In this document: positions 19,592-28,334 of the stretch, in pieces
Layout: each line of letters begins with the position of its first letter
Position numbering within the stretch: the stretch's first letter is position 1
DNA from: Thermoproteota archaeon
GTDB lineage: Archaea; Thermoproteota; Thermoprotei_A; Sulfolobales; Ignisphaeraceae
DNA length: 64,000 nt
Direction of reading: 5' to 3'
NCBI GenBank assembly: GCA_030550585.1
Contig: JAUQPB010000001.1
Location: 512,001-576,000, forward strand
Notes under the pieces: model-generated
What the model saw: the letters and a program-made list of their open reading frames with translations, nothing else
What the model was told of the DNA's origin: nothing
Database searches by the model: none
Made by a program: the position numbers and the translations under genes

Positions 19592-21320
19592 ACAGAGAAT
19601 AGAGAATGTAGCACTGAAATACGCTGTAGAGAATAGGCTAAGGTATGGAGAGGCAAAGCAAGGCCCTGTAATGAATAAGGTATTGGGAGAGCTTAAGGAG
19701 TTTAGACATTTGGCCAAAGAGATAGCAGGGATTGTCTCTAAGGTTCTAACATATGTTAATAGTTTAAGCATGACAGAGCTGAAGGAGCTTGCAGAAAAAC
19801 TTGGCCTTGTCGAATCACGCGAATCTAAGAAGGAGGAGAGGGTACTACCTCCACTTCCAAATGTTGATATGTGGGGAAATGTTGTAACAAGATTTGCTCC
19901 AAACCCAGATTTTCCGATACATCTTGGAAATGCTAGAGCAGCTATTTTGAGTCATGAATATGCAAGAATGTACAAAGGAAAGTTTATACTTAGATTTGAA
20001 GATACTGATCCAAGAACCAAACCACCCCTTCCATTCTCATATCTGATAATTGAAAAGGATCTAAGATGGCTTGGAATAACATGGGATGAGAAATACATTC
20101 AGAGTATGAGAATGGATAAGTATTATTCAATTGCAAAGAAGTTGATAGAATTAGGATATGCTTATGTTGATCTATGTAAAAAAGATGTTTTTAGAGAATA
20201 TAGAAACGCTGGAAAAGCCTGCCCACATAGAGATATGTCACCAGAGCAGCATCTGGAGCTTTTCGATAAGGTCATTGCAGGAGAGTTTGGAGAGGGAGAG
20301 GCTGTTATAAGAATAAAAACAGATTTGTCGCATCCAGATCCAGCTATAAGAGATTGGGTGATGTTCAGAATTATAGATACTACTAGGAATCCCCATCCAA
20401 TAGTTGGGGACAGATATAGACTCTGGCCAACATACAACTTTGCAGCAGCTGTAGACGACCACCTCATGGGGATAACACATATATTGAGAGGCAAGGAACA
20501 TGCACTAAACACTGCAAAGCAAATATACATATACAAGTATCTTGGGTGGAGATATCCAGAAGTCGTCAACTTCGGTAGAGTCGGTCTAGAAGGACTTATA
20601 CTAAGCAAAACCTGGATAAAGAACCAGCTGAAAAACAATCCTGAGAAATTCATGGGTTTCGACGACATTAGATTTGCAACTATATCCGGCCTTAGAAGAA
20701 GAGGGATAGTACCAGAAACAATCAAGGAAATTATCCTTAGTCTTGGCCTCAGCCCTGTTGATGCGAGGATTAGCTGGGTTAACCTAGCAGCAATCAATAG
20801 AAAGAACGTTGATCCAATAGCAAAGAGGATCTTCGTTATATGCAACCCTGTCAAGGTTGTGATAGAGGGTGTTGAAACGCCTAGAGAAATCGAAATACCG
20901 TTTCACCCAGCAAAGGATCTAGGTAAAAGAAAATTAGTCTTAGCAAAACCCGAGGTTTACATATCCTCAAAAGATCTTGAAAACATTAATCAAGGAGCTG
21001 TTATAAGGCTCATGGAGCTTTTCAACATCGTCATCGAAAGAAACTCAAAAGATGGTATTATTGCCAAGTATCACAGCGCATCATTGGATGAGGCAAAGAA
21101 ATGGGGAGCTCCAATCATCCAGTGGGTTCCATGCAACGATAGCATAAAAGTCGATTTGCTGAGGGTAGAGGGTATGAAGATTCGAAAAGAGCATTGCATT
21201 GGAGAGTCATCATTAAAAACGTTGAGAGAAGGGGAGATAATACAAATGGTTAGATTGGGCTTTGGAAAAATAGAGAAAATATCTAAAGCAAGGATATCGA
21301 TTATATATAGCCATGAATAA
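19563..21320 (+). CDS. gltX: Glutamate--tRNA ligase
   Basis: TRFAPNP, HLGN, RFEDTDP, PTYNFA, THILRGKEH, LSKT; GGTGAGG SD before ATG 19563. Confidence 0.97.
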   Translation: MSSQSLDAIKQRIENVALKYAVENRLRYGEAKQGPVMNKVLGELKEFRHLAKEIAGIVSKVLTYVNSLSMTELKELAEKLGLVESRESKKEERVLPPLPNVDMWGNVVTRFAPNPDFPIHLGNARAAILSHEYARMYKGKFILRFEDTDPRTKPPLPFSYLIIEKDLRWLGITWDEKYIQSMRMDKYYSIAKKLIELGYAYVDLCKKDVFREYRNAGKACPHRDMSPEQHLELFDKVIAGEFGEGEAVIRIKTDLSHPDPAIRDWVMFRIIDTTRNPHPIVGDRYRLWPTYNFAAAVDDHLMGITHILRGKEHALNTAKQIYIYKYLGWRYPEVVNFGRVGLEGLILSKTWIKNQLKNNPEKFMGFDDIRFATISGLRRRGIVPETIKEIILSLGLSPVDARISWVNLAAINRKNVDPIAKRIFVICNPVKVVIEGVETPREIEIPFHPAKDLGKRKLVLAKPEVYISSKDLENINQGAVIRLMELFNIVIERNSKDGIIAKYHSASLDEAKKWGAPIIQWVPCNDSIKVDLLRVEGMKIRKEHCIGESSLKTLREGEIIQMVRLGFGKIEKISKARISIIYSHE

Positions 21321-21392
21321 GCTGTTTCAAAATATCTTAAATACCCGAGTGAATGAGTAGGTTTTGTAAACAAGATGTGGAAGGGATAAAAG

Positions 21393-21779
21393 ATGTCGAA
21401 ACCATTTTACGTAAAATTTGAGGTTCCTCCAGACATAGCTGAAAAAGCATATCAGGCACTGAAAAAAGCAAGAGAGACAGGAGGGAAAATAAGAAAGGGA
21501 ACAAATGAAGTAACAAAAGGTGTTGAGAGAGGTCTATGCAAACTAGTGCTCATAGCCGAAGATGTTGACCCACCAGAGGTTGTCGCACACCTGCCTCTGC
21601 TATGTGAAGAAAAGAAAGTTCCATACCTTTATGTACCAAGCAAAAAGAGATTAGGAGAGGCGGCAGGCATAGAGGTTGCAGCAGCTTCAGCATGTATAGT
21701 GGAGCCTGGTGAGGCAAAGGCCGAGCTAGAAGAACTTGCGTCGAAGTACCAAGAGCTTAGAGCAAAAGCTGGTAAGTAG
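21393..21779 (+). CDS. rpl7ae: 50S ribosomal protein L7Ae (eL8; also box C/D and RNase P protein)
   Basis: [32 protein letters not shown]. Confidence 0.98.
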   Translation: MSKPFYVKFEVPPDIAEKAYQALKKARETGGKIRKGTNEVTKGVERGLCKLVLIAEDVDPPEVVAHLPLLCEEKKVPYLYVPSKKRLGEAAGIEVAAASACIVEPGEAKAELEELASKYQELRAKAGK

Positions 21780-21848
21780 CAAGCAGATACAAAACACATT
21801 AACAACTTTTTATAATAGATAAAATAATCGTTTTTACATAGAATGTAT

Positions 21849-22112
21849 TTACCTCCTTACTGTAAGCTTTCTAGCCTCTCTCTCAGTTTCTCTCAGTATG
21901 ACTATATCGCCAACCCTAACAGGCCCCCTGACATTTCTGGTTAGAATTCTGCCTTTATCCCTACCCTCAAGTACCCTAACCCTCACTTGTATAACCTCGC
22001 CTGTAACACCTGTCCTACCAATTATTTGCACAACCTCAGCTGGAAAACCTATTTTTTCAACAACATTTATCTCATACTCTTTGCTCCTATCTTCTACAAC
22101 AACATTGGGCAC
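21849..22112 (-). CDS. rps28e: 30S ribosomal protein S28e (eS28)
   Basis: [34 protein letters not shown]; GTG 22112 follows GAAGGTG SD (ORF track start 22127). Confidence 0.96.
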   Translation of the reverse strand: MPNVVVEDRSKEYEINVVEKIGFPAEVVQIIGRTGVTGEVIQVRVRVLEGRDKGRILTRNVRGPVRVGDIVILRETEREARKLTVRR

Positions 22113-22217
22113 TTCTAACACCTTCAAGTAATGCTACTCATAGTGGCTTAATATGTTGAAGAGAGCTTTTAAGCTTTACCAAAAGAAACTAGGCTATGAA
22201 AAGGTGTGGTGTTGCAA

Positions 22218-22400
22218 ATGGTCTCGAAACATGTTTGCAGCTATTGTGGAAAAAGCATAGAGCCTGGTACTGGGCTAATGTTTGTGCAAAACGATGGTAG
22301 TATAATGTGGTTCTGCTCTAGCAAATGCTATAAGAATTATCGATTGGGTAGAGATCCAAAGAAACTGCCATGGACTAGACTATACCTTGGTAGGAGATAG
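22218..22400 (+). CDS. rpl24e: 50S ribosomal protein L24e (eL24)
   Basis: CSYCG.IEPGTG, FCSSKC, PKKLPWT. Confidence 0.96.
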   Translation: MVSKHVCSYCGKSIEPGTGLMFVQNDGSIMWFCSSKCYKNYRLGRDPKKLPWTRLYLGRR

Positions 22401-22412
22401 AGGCAGCACATT

Positions 22413-24221
22413 CTACAAATTCTTTAGCAAGATCATGTATTCAGGCTCTTTAGACGCTTTAATCTTTAGAATCTCTTTGAGCACCTCAATACTATCCGGA
22501 GTTAACATAGATCTAAACTTTGTTGCCAGCAGTTTTGCGTGCTCTAATGGAACATCTGTGTATAGAACATCCCCTTCATGGATGTGACGTCCAACCATAA
22601 CATTTCCTCTAATGGATATTGCGACCTCTTGACCCATTCTAGCCTCTTTTAAAGTTTGGCCCATGTGCTGAATCTGAAGTATCTCACCAATTCTTTTTCC
22701 ATCGGCTCTCATGAGAGGGTTGCCAGGTTTTATCAGCCCCCCAACAACCTCTACTCCAACTATTGCAGGATCGCTTCTCCTAAATACAAAGCCTGGTAGG
22801 ATTTTTATCTTTCCTGGTGGTATCACCAATTCAAACTCTCTTTGTAGCTCCATCTTCTTCTCATTTTCTACCCACTGTATATACTCCTCTACGAGTCTAT
22901 ATATGATGTTGTTTGAAAACACCTTTATACCTTCTTTTTTGGCCAGTTCTTCGGCTTCTGGCAAAGGCTTTGTGTTAAAGAGTAGAATTACACCAAGGTA
23001 TTTATCTGCTTTTGCAACAAGCGATGCTTCAATAACATCTCTCTTTGTTAATGGCCCTACATCAGCTATACGAACAGGGATTCCATTTTTGGTAAGGGCA
23101 TATACTATAGCCTCTAGAGTTCCAAGCGTATCAGCTTTAATCACAACACCATTAACATCTCTTCTGAATCGCACAGCCTCAACTTCTTCTTGCACAAGTT
23201 TCTTGTAGTTCTCCACCTCATTTTCCTGTGGAACTACATAAAGCGGAGACCCGGCTAGAGCATCCTCTAGCCCAGGTGCCACTATTCTAATTCCTGCCGC
23301 TGCTGACACCAATTCCACTGTTCTAAGCTCTGTTTTGGCAACCCTTATGTCTGTTGTAGTCTTTGGCATTAGAATGGCTCTTACCCTTGTGACTATAGAT
23401 CCGTTGGCTCCAGCCAACACTATTATATCCCTTTCTTGTATAATACCATCATATAGAATAACATCTATAGCTGTTCCATATCCTGGTTGCTCCTTAACCT
23501 CAAGCACAACACCCTTTCCAGGACCCTCAGCATACAAAAGCCTGTCACCAATATACTTCTGAGCAACTCCAGCTACGACAGCCAGAAGTTCTGCAATCCC
23601 CTCGCCTGTCTTTGCTGAGACAGGAACTATTGGTACTGTTGCCAAGAAGTCTCTGATTCTCTCAAACAAATCGGCAGAGATTCCATAGTTTGATAATTGA
23701 GCAATTAATTTGTAGAGCAGATTATCTAATTTCTTAACAACTGCTTGATCCTGTTTTTTCAAGCTTATAGAAATTGGGGTGTCAGGATTTGGCTTCCAGC
23801 CGGGTATCTTATCTATTTTGTTAGCTGCTATCACAAAGGGGACTTTTCTAGATCTTAGTATTTCTATGCTTTCCAAGGTCTGGGGCATTACACCTTCATT
23901 AATATCTATCACAAGAATTGCTATGTCTGCAACACTTCCACCTCTCTTTCTGAGATTAGAGAACAATTCATGGCCTGGGGTATCAATAAACAATAAACCG
24001 GGTATAGTCAGTTTGATGGGTATGATTTTTTTGAGAGGCTCTATAACTTTTTCGATAACTGATATCGGAATATTACTGGCACCTATATGCTGTGTCATCT
24101 CACCAGCTTCTTTCTTTACAACAGCTGTACCCCTAATCTTATCTAATAGCGTTGTCTTCCCGTGGTCCACGTGTCCAAGAACAACTACTATGGGTTGCCT
24201 AAGCCTTTTTGTTGTATTCAT
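22413..24221 (-). CDS. infB: Translation initiation factor aIF5B (IF-2)
   Basis: LRQPIV..LGHVDHGKT, TQHIGA, DTPGHE, NKID, KADTLGTLEA; GAGGTGA SD before ATG 24221. Confidence 0.98.
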   Translation of the reverse strand: MNTTKRLRQPIVVVLGHVDHGKTTLLDKIRGTAVVKKEAGEMTQHIGASNIPISVIEKVIEPLKKIIPIKLTIPGLLFIDTPGHELFSNLRKRGGSVADIAILVIDINEGVMPQTLESIEILRSRKVPFVIAANKIDKIPGWKPNPDTPISISLKKQDQAVVKKLDNLLYKLIAQLSNYGISADLFERIRDFLATVPIVPVSAKTGEGIAELLAVVAGVAQKYIGDRLLYAEGPGKGVVLEVKEQPGYGTAIDVILYDGIIQERDIIVLAGANGSIVTRVRAILMPKTTTDIRVAKTELRTVELVSAAAGIRIVAPGLEDALAGSPLYVVPQENEVENYKKLVQEEVEAVRFRRDVNGVVIKADTLGTLEAIVYALTKNGIPVRIADVGPLTKRDVIEASLVAKADKYLGVILLFNTKPLPEAEELAKKEGIKVFSNNIIYRLVEEYIQWVENEKKMELQREFELVIPPGKIKILPGFVFRRSDPAIVGVEVVGGLIKPGNPLMRADGKRIGEILQIQHMGQTLKEARMGQEVAISIRGNVMVGRHIHEGDVLYTDVPLEHAKLLATKFRSMLTPDSIEVLKEILKIKASKEPEYMILLKNL

Positions 24222-24353
24222 AATTGTCACCTCTCTTACTGGAGTAAAGGTGATTTCAGAATATAAGGTGTTATGTAAAAGATTTTCAAGATAACTTTTT
24301 AGGGTTTGTCAGATAGGATATTGTCAACTGCTGTAGTAAGGTGTTTAAGGTAG

Positions 24354-25013
24354 ATGCCAGAGTTCAAGATAGTGGTCTCCGATCCTAGAGTAAGAGAGCT
24401 GAGGATAGTGCCTGTTAAAGTTGTTGGCTCTCCCGATATCGAGTATAGCGAAAAGCATAAGGAGCAGAGAGAACTTGTTGTAGGTAAGGCAAATCCAAAG
24501 CTAATAGAATTGATAAAGCCTGAGCTAGGCGTTGCAATAATTAGAATATGGAAAAACAAGGCAAATAGAGAGAAGGTCAATATAGCGACAAAGCTAGTTG
24601 AGGATTCTTCACTTGATATTCAGACAGTGGTTGTTCCAGAGGCGCTTCTACGCGAGAAGATAGGCTCTGCAGAGGCTTTAGGAGAGATATTCCGGGCTCC
24701 AGCTTTTCAGCTAAGGGTAGGTGGTGCAGAGGCCTCTAGGCTGATTGGAATGAGGATTGGTGATAGAATAGATGGCTCGATAATAGGCCTTCCACAAATT
24801 GTTTTAGAGATTAGAGGGGGGTCAGATTTAGCAGGCTTTCCGATGAGAAAAGACATAAGCGGTGCGGTTAAAAAATATGTTCTACTAGCCTCAGGACCCG
24901 GTTTTAGACCTAAAGAAGAAGGAGAGAGAAGGAGAAAGTTAGTGAGGGGCAATACCATATCCGAGGATATTGTTCAGATAAACACAGTAGCTATTTTGAA
25001 GAGCGGAAAATAG
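24354..25013 (+). CDS. rps6e: 30S ribosomal protein S6e (eS6), long crenarchaeal form
   Basis: FKIVVSDP start, IRGGSDLAGFPMR, GERRRKLVRGN. Confidence 0.96.
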   Translation: MPEFKIVVSDPRVRELRIVPVKVVGSPDIEYSEKHKEQRELVVGKANPKLIELIKPELGVAIIRIWKNKANREKVNIATKLVEDSSLDIQTVVVPEALLREKIGSAEALGEIFRAPAFQLRVGGAEASRLIGMRIGDRIDGSIIGLPQIVLEIRGGSDLAGFPMRKDISGAVKKYVLLASGPGFRPKEEGERRRKLVRGNTISEDIVQINTVAILKSGK

Positions 25014-25068
25014 GTAACAACATTTTTATTTTGATAGGAAACCTTTCTGGCTACATAGGTGCTTTCAA

Positions 25069-26301
25069 ATGCCTGCCGTAGAAAAACCTATACCAACTAT
25101 TTCCATAGGTGTTGTGGGTCATGTTGACCATGGGAAAACCACTCTCGTGCAAGCGCTCACAGGTGTTTGGACGGCTCGGTATTCAGAAGAGCTTAAAAAG
25201 TCTATGACCATATACCTCGGCTATGCCCAAACATCCATATTCCGTTGCAACAATCTCAAACCTCCAGACTCGTACATAACATCTCCTGGTTCCTGTGGAG
25301 AAAATTCTCAGCCAGAGTATGTTAAAACAGTGTCATTTGTTGACGCCCCAGGTCACGAGATTCTCATGGCAACAATGCTTTCTGGCGCATCGCTAATGGA
25401 TGCTGCCATAGTTGTTATAGCCGCTAATGAACCTTGCCCCCAGCCGCAGACACGTGAGCATGTTAAAGCACTTGAGATTCTTGGCATAAACCAGGTTGTA
25501 ATAGCTCAAAACAAGGTTGATGTTGTTCCTAGGGAAAAGGTGTTGGAGAATTACAAACAGATAAAGCAGTTCTTAGAGAGTACACCATATTCTAATGCAC
25601 CCATAATCCCTGTGAGTGCTTTGCACAAAGCTAATATTGGAGCTATTGCAATGGCTATTGCAAAGCTCTTTAAAGAGCCTGAGAGGGTTCTTGGAAAGCC
25701 AGCTATAATGCAGATTGCTAGGAGTTTTGATGTTAACCTGCCTGGCACGCGACCGGAGATGCTTGTTGGCGGTGTTGTTGGAGGTGGGGTTATAAGGGGT
25801 GAGATTAGAGTTGGAGATGAGGTGGAGATAAAACCTGGTGTAAGAATTGAGGTAAAGGGGAAGGTCAAGTACGAACCCCTAACAACAGAGGTGGTAAGCA
25901 TTAGATATGCTGATGTGGAATCAGATTTTGCTAGACCCGGTGGGCTAGTCGCCATAGGCACAAAGCTTGATCCATCACTAACTAAAAACAATAGGCTGGC
26001 GGGGCAAGTTCTTGGACACAGTGTTCCAGACCCCGTTAACGATATTTCGATAGAGTATAGAATGCTTGACAAAATAGTTGGAGCTAGAGAGCTCGAAGCA
26101 CCTCCTCAACTTAAATCAGGAGAGAGAGTTTTGCTTATTATTGGTACAGCTAACGCTAGTGCAGTGGTTCAGAGAGTTACTAGTGATGAAATGGAGGTGA
26201 AGACAGACAATCCTGTTGTGGTGCTTGAAAAAAGTAAGGTTGCGATTCTGTCAAAGGTAAAGGGTAGATGGAGACTTATTGGCTGGGGGATTGCGAGATA
26301 G
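25069..26301 (+). CDS. eif2g: Translation initiation factor 2 subunit gamma
   Basis: GHVDHGKT, DAPGHE.LMATMLSGA, CPQPQTREH, NKVD, WRLIGWG. Confidence 0.98.
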   Translation: MPAVEKPIPTISIGVVGHVDHGKTTLVQALTGVWTARYSEELKKSMTIYLGYAQTSIFRCNNLKPPDSYITSPGSCGENSQPEYVKTVSFVDAPGHEILMATMLSGASLMDAAIVVIAANEPCPQPQTREHVKALEILGINQVVIAQNKVDVVPREKVLENYKQIKQFLESTPYSNAPIIPVSALHKANIGAIAMAIAKLFKEPERVLGKPAIMQIARSFDVNLPGTRPEMLVGGVVGGGVIRGEIRVGDEVEIKPGVRIEVKGKVKYEPLTTEVVSIRYADVESDFARPGGLVAIGTKLDPSLTKNNRLAGQVLGHSVPDPVNDISIEYRMLDKIVGARELEAPPQLKSGERVLLIIGTANASAVVQRVTSDEMEVKTDNPVVVLEKSKVAILSKVKGRWRLIGWGIAR

Positions 26302-26699
26302 CCAAATGTGTTATTGTTTTGGATACGAGCATACTACTTTTGGTTGCAGATGGTCTAGCATCATTTGACAACATATATGATGTAGATTATGGTTGTAGGC
26401 TAGTGGTTATCAAACCTGTTCTCCAGGAGATTATAGATATTTCGAAGCGGGATCTTGGTAAAAAGAGTAGGTTGGCAAAGTGGGTTCTAGAAAACATTAT
26501 TCCAATGGTAGAGATCGAAGACTTTATCTTTGAAGGATCTGTAGATGATGCGTTAATAGCTTTTGCAAAGGATCTCCGTGATAGAGGATTCAAAGTTTTT
26601 ATAGCTTCAGCTGATAGAAAAGTAAGAGAAAAGGCTATGAAGGAGTCCATAGAGGTTATTGTCTATAGATCTTCTGAGAAGATTTTTGAAACTCTATAA
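26268..26699 (+). CDS. PIN-domain protein (Fcf1/Utp24-like)
   Basis: VLDTSIL, VDDAL, ASADRK acidic PIN motifs; conserved position after eif2g; start uncertain. Confidence 0.8.
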   Translation: METYWLGDCEIAKCVIVLDTSILLLVADGLASFDNIYDVDYGCRLVVIKPVLQEIIDISKRDLGKKSRLAKWVLENIIPMVEIEDFIFEGSVDDALIAFAKDLRDRGFKVFIASADRKVREKAMKESIEVIVYRSSEKIFETL

Positions 26700-26765
26700 C
26701 CATAAGCTTTTAAGGTTGTTTATGTAGTAGGAAATAGCGTGGATAGAATTTTTGGTGAGGTCTAT

Positions 26766-27302
26766 TTGTTTAGATTGTATAGACTGAGAGATATTGTAAG
26801 AATAGACCCATCAAAAATTAATAGGGCTATTGAAGAGGTGGCATTTGACGAGCTCAGAAAGAAGTACGAAGGGCTAAAAGATAAAAATCTTGGCATAGTT
26901 ATAGCAATAACAGATGTTAATGTAGATCCAATGGGCTATATACCTATAGGCGATGGAGCACCTTATCATAGAGTTGAATTCACTGTAGTTGCATATGTTC
27001 CTCTAGTTAGTGAGGTTGTTGAAGGGGAGGTTGCAACGGTTGGGAGAGGTGGTATAACAGTTTCTCTAGGTCCAATTGAGGGCTTTATACACATACAGCA
27101 AATAGCAGATGACGAAGTTTCATATGATGTTGCTAGAAACATTATTGTTTGCAAAAACACTAAAAGATTTGTTATGCAAGGAGATATAGTTAGAGCTAGA
27201 GTAACAAGCGTTTCTCTTGGAGCCGTTGGAAGACCGCCTAGAGTTACCATGACCATGCGTCAGCCGTATCTAGGCAAGCTTGAGTGGATTTCAAAGAAAT
27301 AG
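26766..27302 (+). CDS. rpo7: DNA-directed RNA polymerase subunit Rpo7 (E')
   Basis: DIVRIDP, GDGA, EVVEGEV, S1 domain, TMRQPYLGKLEWI; TTG 26766 after GGTGAGG. Confidence 0.96.
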   Translation: MFRLYRLRDIVRIDPSKINRAIEEVAFDELRKKYEGLKDKNLGIVIAITDVNVDPMGYIPIGDGAPYHRVEFTVVAYVPLVSEVVEGEVATVGRGGITVSLGPIEGFIHIQQIADDEVSYDVARNIIVCKNTKRFVMQGDIVRARVTSVSLGAVGRPPRVTMTMRQPYLGKLEWISKK

Positions 27303-27311
27303 TTTATATTT

Positions 27312-27366
27312 GATATGATGATCCTTGTAAGGGCTGACTAAAATGATGTTACCGGGGATACTGAAG
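27312..27366 (+). ncRNA. Box C/D guide sRNA; D' guide antisense to tRNA-Val(UAC) anticodon loop
   Basis: C ATGATGA 27315-21, D' CTGA 27334-37, C' ATGATGT 27343-49, D CTGA 27361-64; 12- and 11-nt guides; fully intergenic. Confidence 0.88.
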
Positions 27367-27368
27367 CA

Positions 27369-27764
27369 ATGGTCTGGATTAGTAAAAGAGAGATAGCCTA
27401 TTATATTATTCTAAGAAAAGTTTTTAACAACAAATCGTTTAATTTGGGCGAAGCATTAGATGTTCTTTCTCTATTTGGCTCCAAGAATATTGGAAGAAAA
27501 ACATTAAAAAAACTTGTCAAAAAAGGATTTCTTGAGAAGACCGGGGCCCTAGATTATAATATAGTTGAACTTGAAAAAGCTTTCGAAAAGCTTCTGCTAG
27601 GCTATATGATACAGAGACTCTATAGAAATTTAAAGTCAAGAGGATATAAAGTTGTAATTGATTTGAAAAACAGTTCTGTTATAGTTGAATGTGACCAAAG
27701 GCTGGAAAACATCATAGCAAACTTAAGTATTGTTGGCATAGATGTGAAGTGCAAGCAGAAATAG
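27369..27764 (+). CDS. Hypothetical protein, winged-helix-like N-terminus
   Basis: SKREIAYY...FNLGEAL...RKTLKKLVKKGFLEK resembles wHTH; inference only. Confidence 0.7.
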   Translation: MVWISKREIAYYIILRKVFNNKSFNLGEALDVLSLFGSKNIGRKTLKKLVKKGFLEKTGALDYNIVELEKAFEKLLLGYMIQRLYRNLKSRGYKVVIDLKNSSVIVECDQRLENIIANLSIVGIDVKCKQK

Positions 27765-27828
27765 CGTTGGCAATTGAGGGTACTCTAAAAAAGTTTTTAT
27801 GAAAATAATTGATAATTGTTAATCTTCT

Positions 27829-28131
27829 CTAATCCTTCTTTGTTATGACTATCTCTATTGTTGAAACTCTGCTTTGTCTACCATCGCTACCTGTTATTGT
27901 TTGGCTACCTATTGTAATGTTCTTAACTTCGATTTTTCCTGGTAGGAATCTGTTTCTAACAATTTCTATAGCGTCTACTGCTTTGCTTATTGCCCTACCT
28001 CTAGCCTTGACAACAACTTCGTTAACTCCTTGGTTTAATAGTGTCAACATTGCTAGCACATAATTCATGACAGGTTTTTTGCCAACCAATACTGTGTTTG
28101 CAGATGTGGGTGCTTGGGCTTGTGACATCAC
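27829..28131 (-). CDS. albA: DNA/RNA-binding chromatin protein Alba (Alba1)
   Basis: [32 protein letters not shown]. Confidence 0.97.
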   Translation of the reverse strand: MMSQAQAPTSANTVLVGKKPVMNYVLAMLTLLNQGVNEVVVKARGRAISKAVDAIEIVRNRFLPGKIEVKNITIGSQTITGSDGRQSRVSTIEIVITKKD

Positions 28132-28334
28132 TTATCCACCTTTTACTTCTAGATTCTTGTTTGTTTGTAGATAATTTTGAGACGGCTAGGGATTATAAAT
28201 TTATTTGCTACACGAGTTTTTTGCAACCCATTTGCATATAATGTATTTTACATCTGAAAACCTGGTTCTTCAGGGCTGGAAAGAGGCCAGAGTTGCAAGA
28301 CCAAGGCTCTCAGTTCTTTTGTATTTTTTCATGG

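Noticed and set aside
21345-21395. Possible autoregulatory kink-turn in the rpl7ae leader
   Set aside because: Known in other archaea, but I could not build a convincing C/NC stem with tandem GA pairs
27323-27333. 11-nt identity with the tRNA-Val gene as a possible att site
   Set aside because: Matches only the anticodon arm, sits exactly in a C/D guide slot, and the interval contains core genes with no integrase
28254-28313. Three short possible hairpins upstream of rgy
   Set aside because: Stems of 4-5 bp, no tRNA or sRNA boxes; insufficient support
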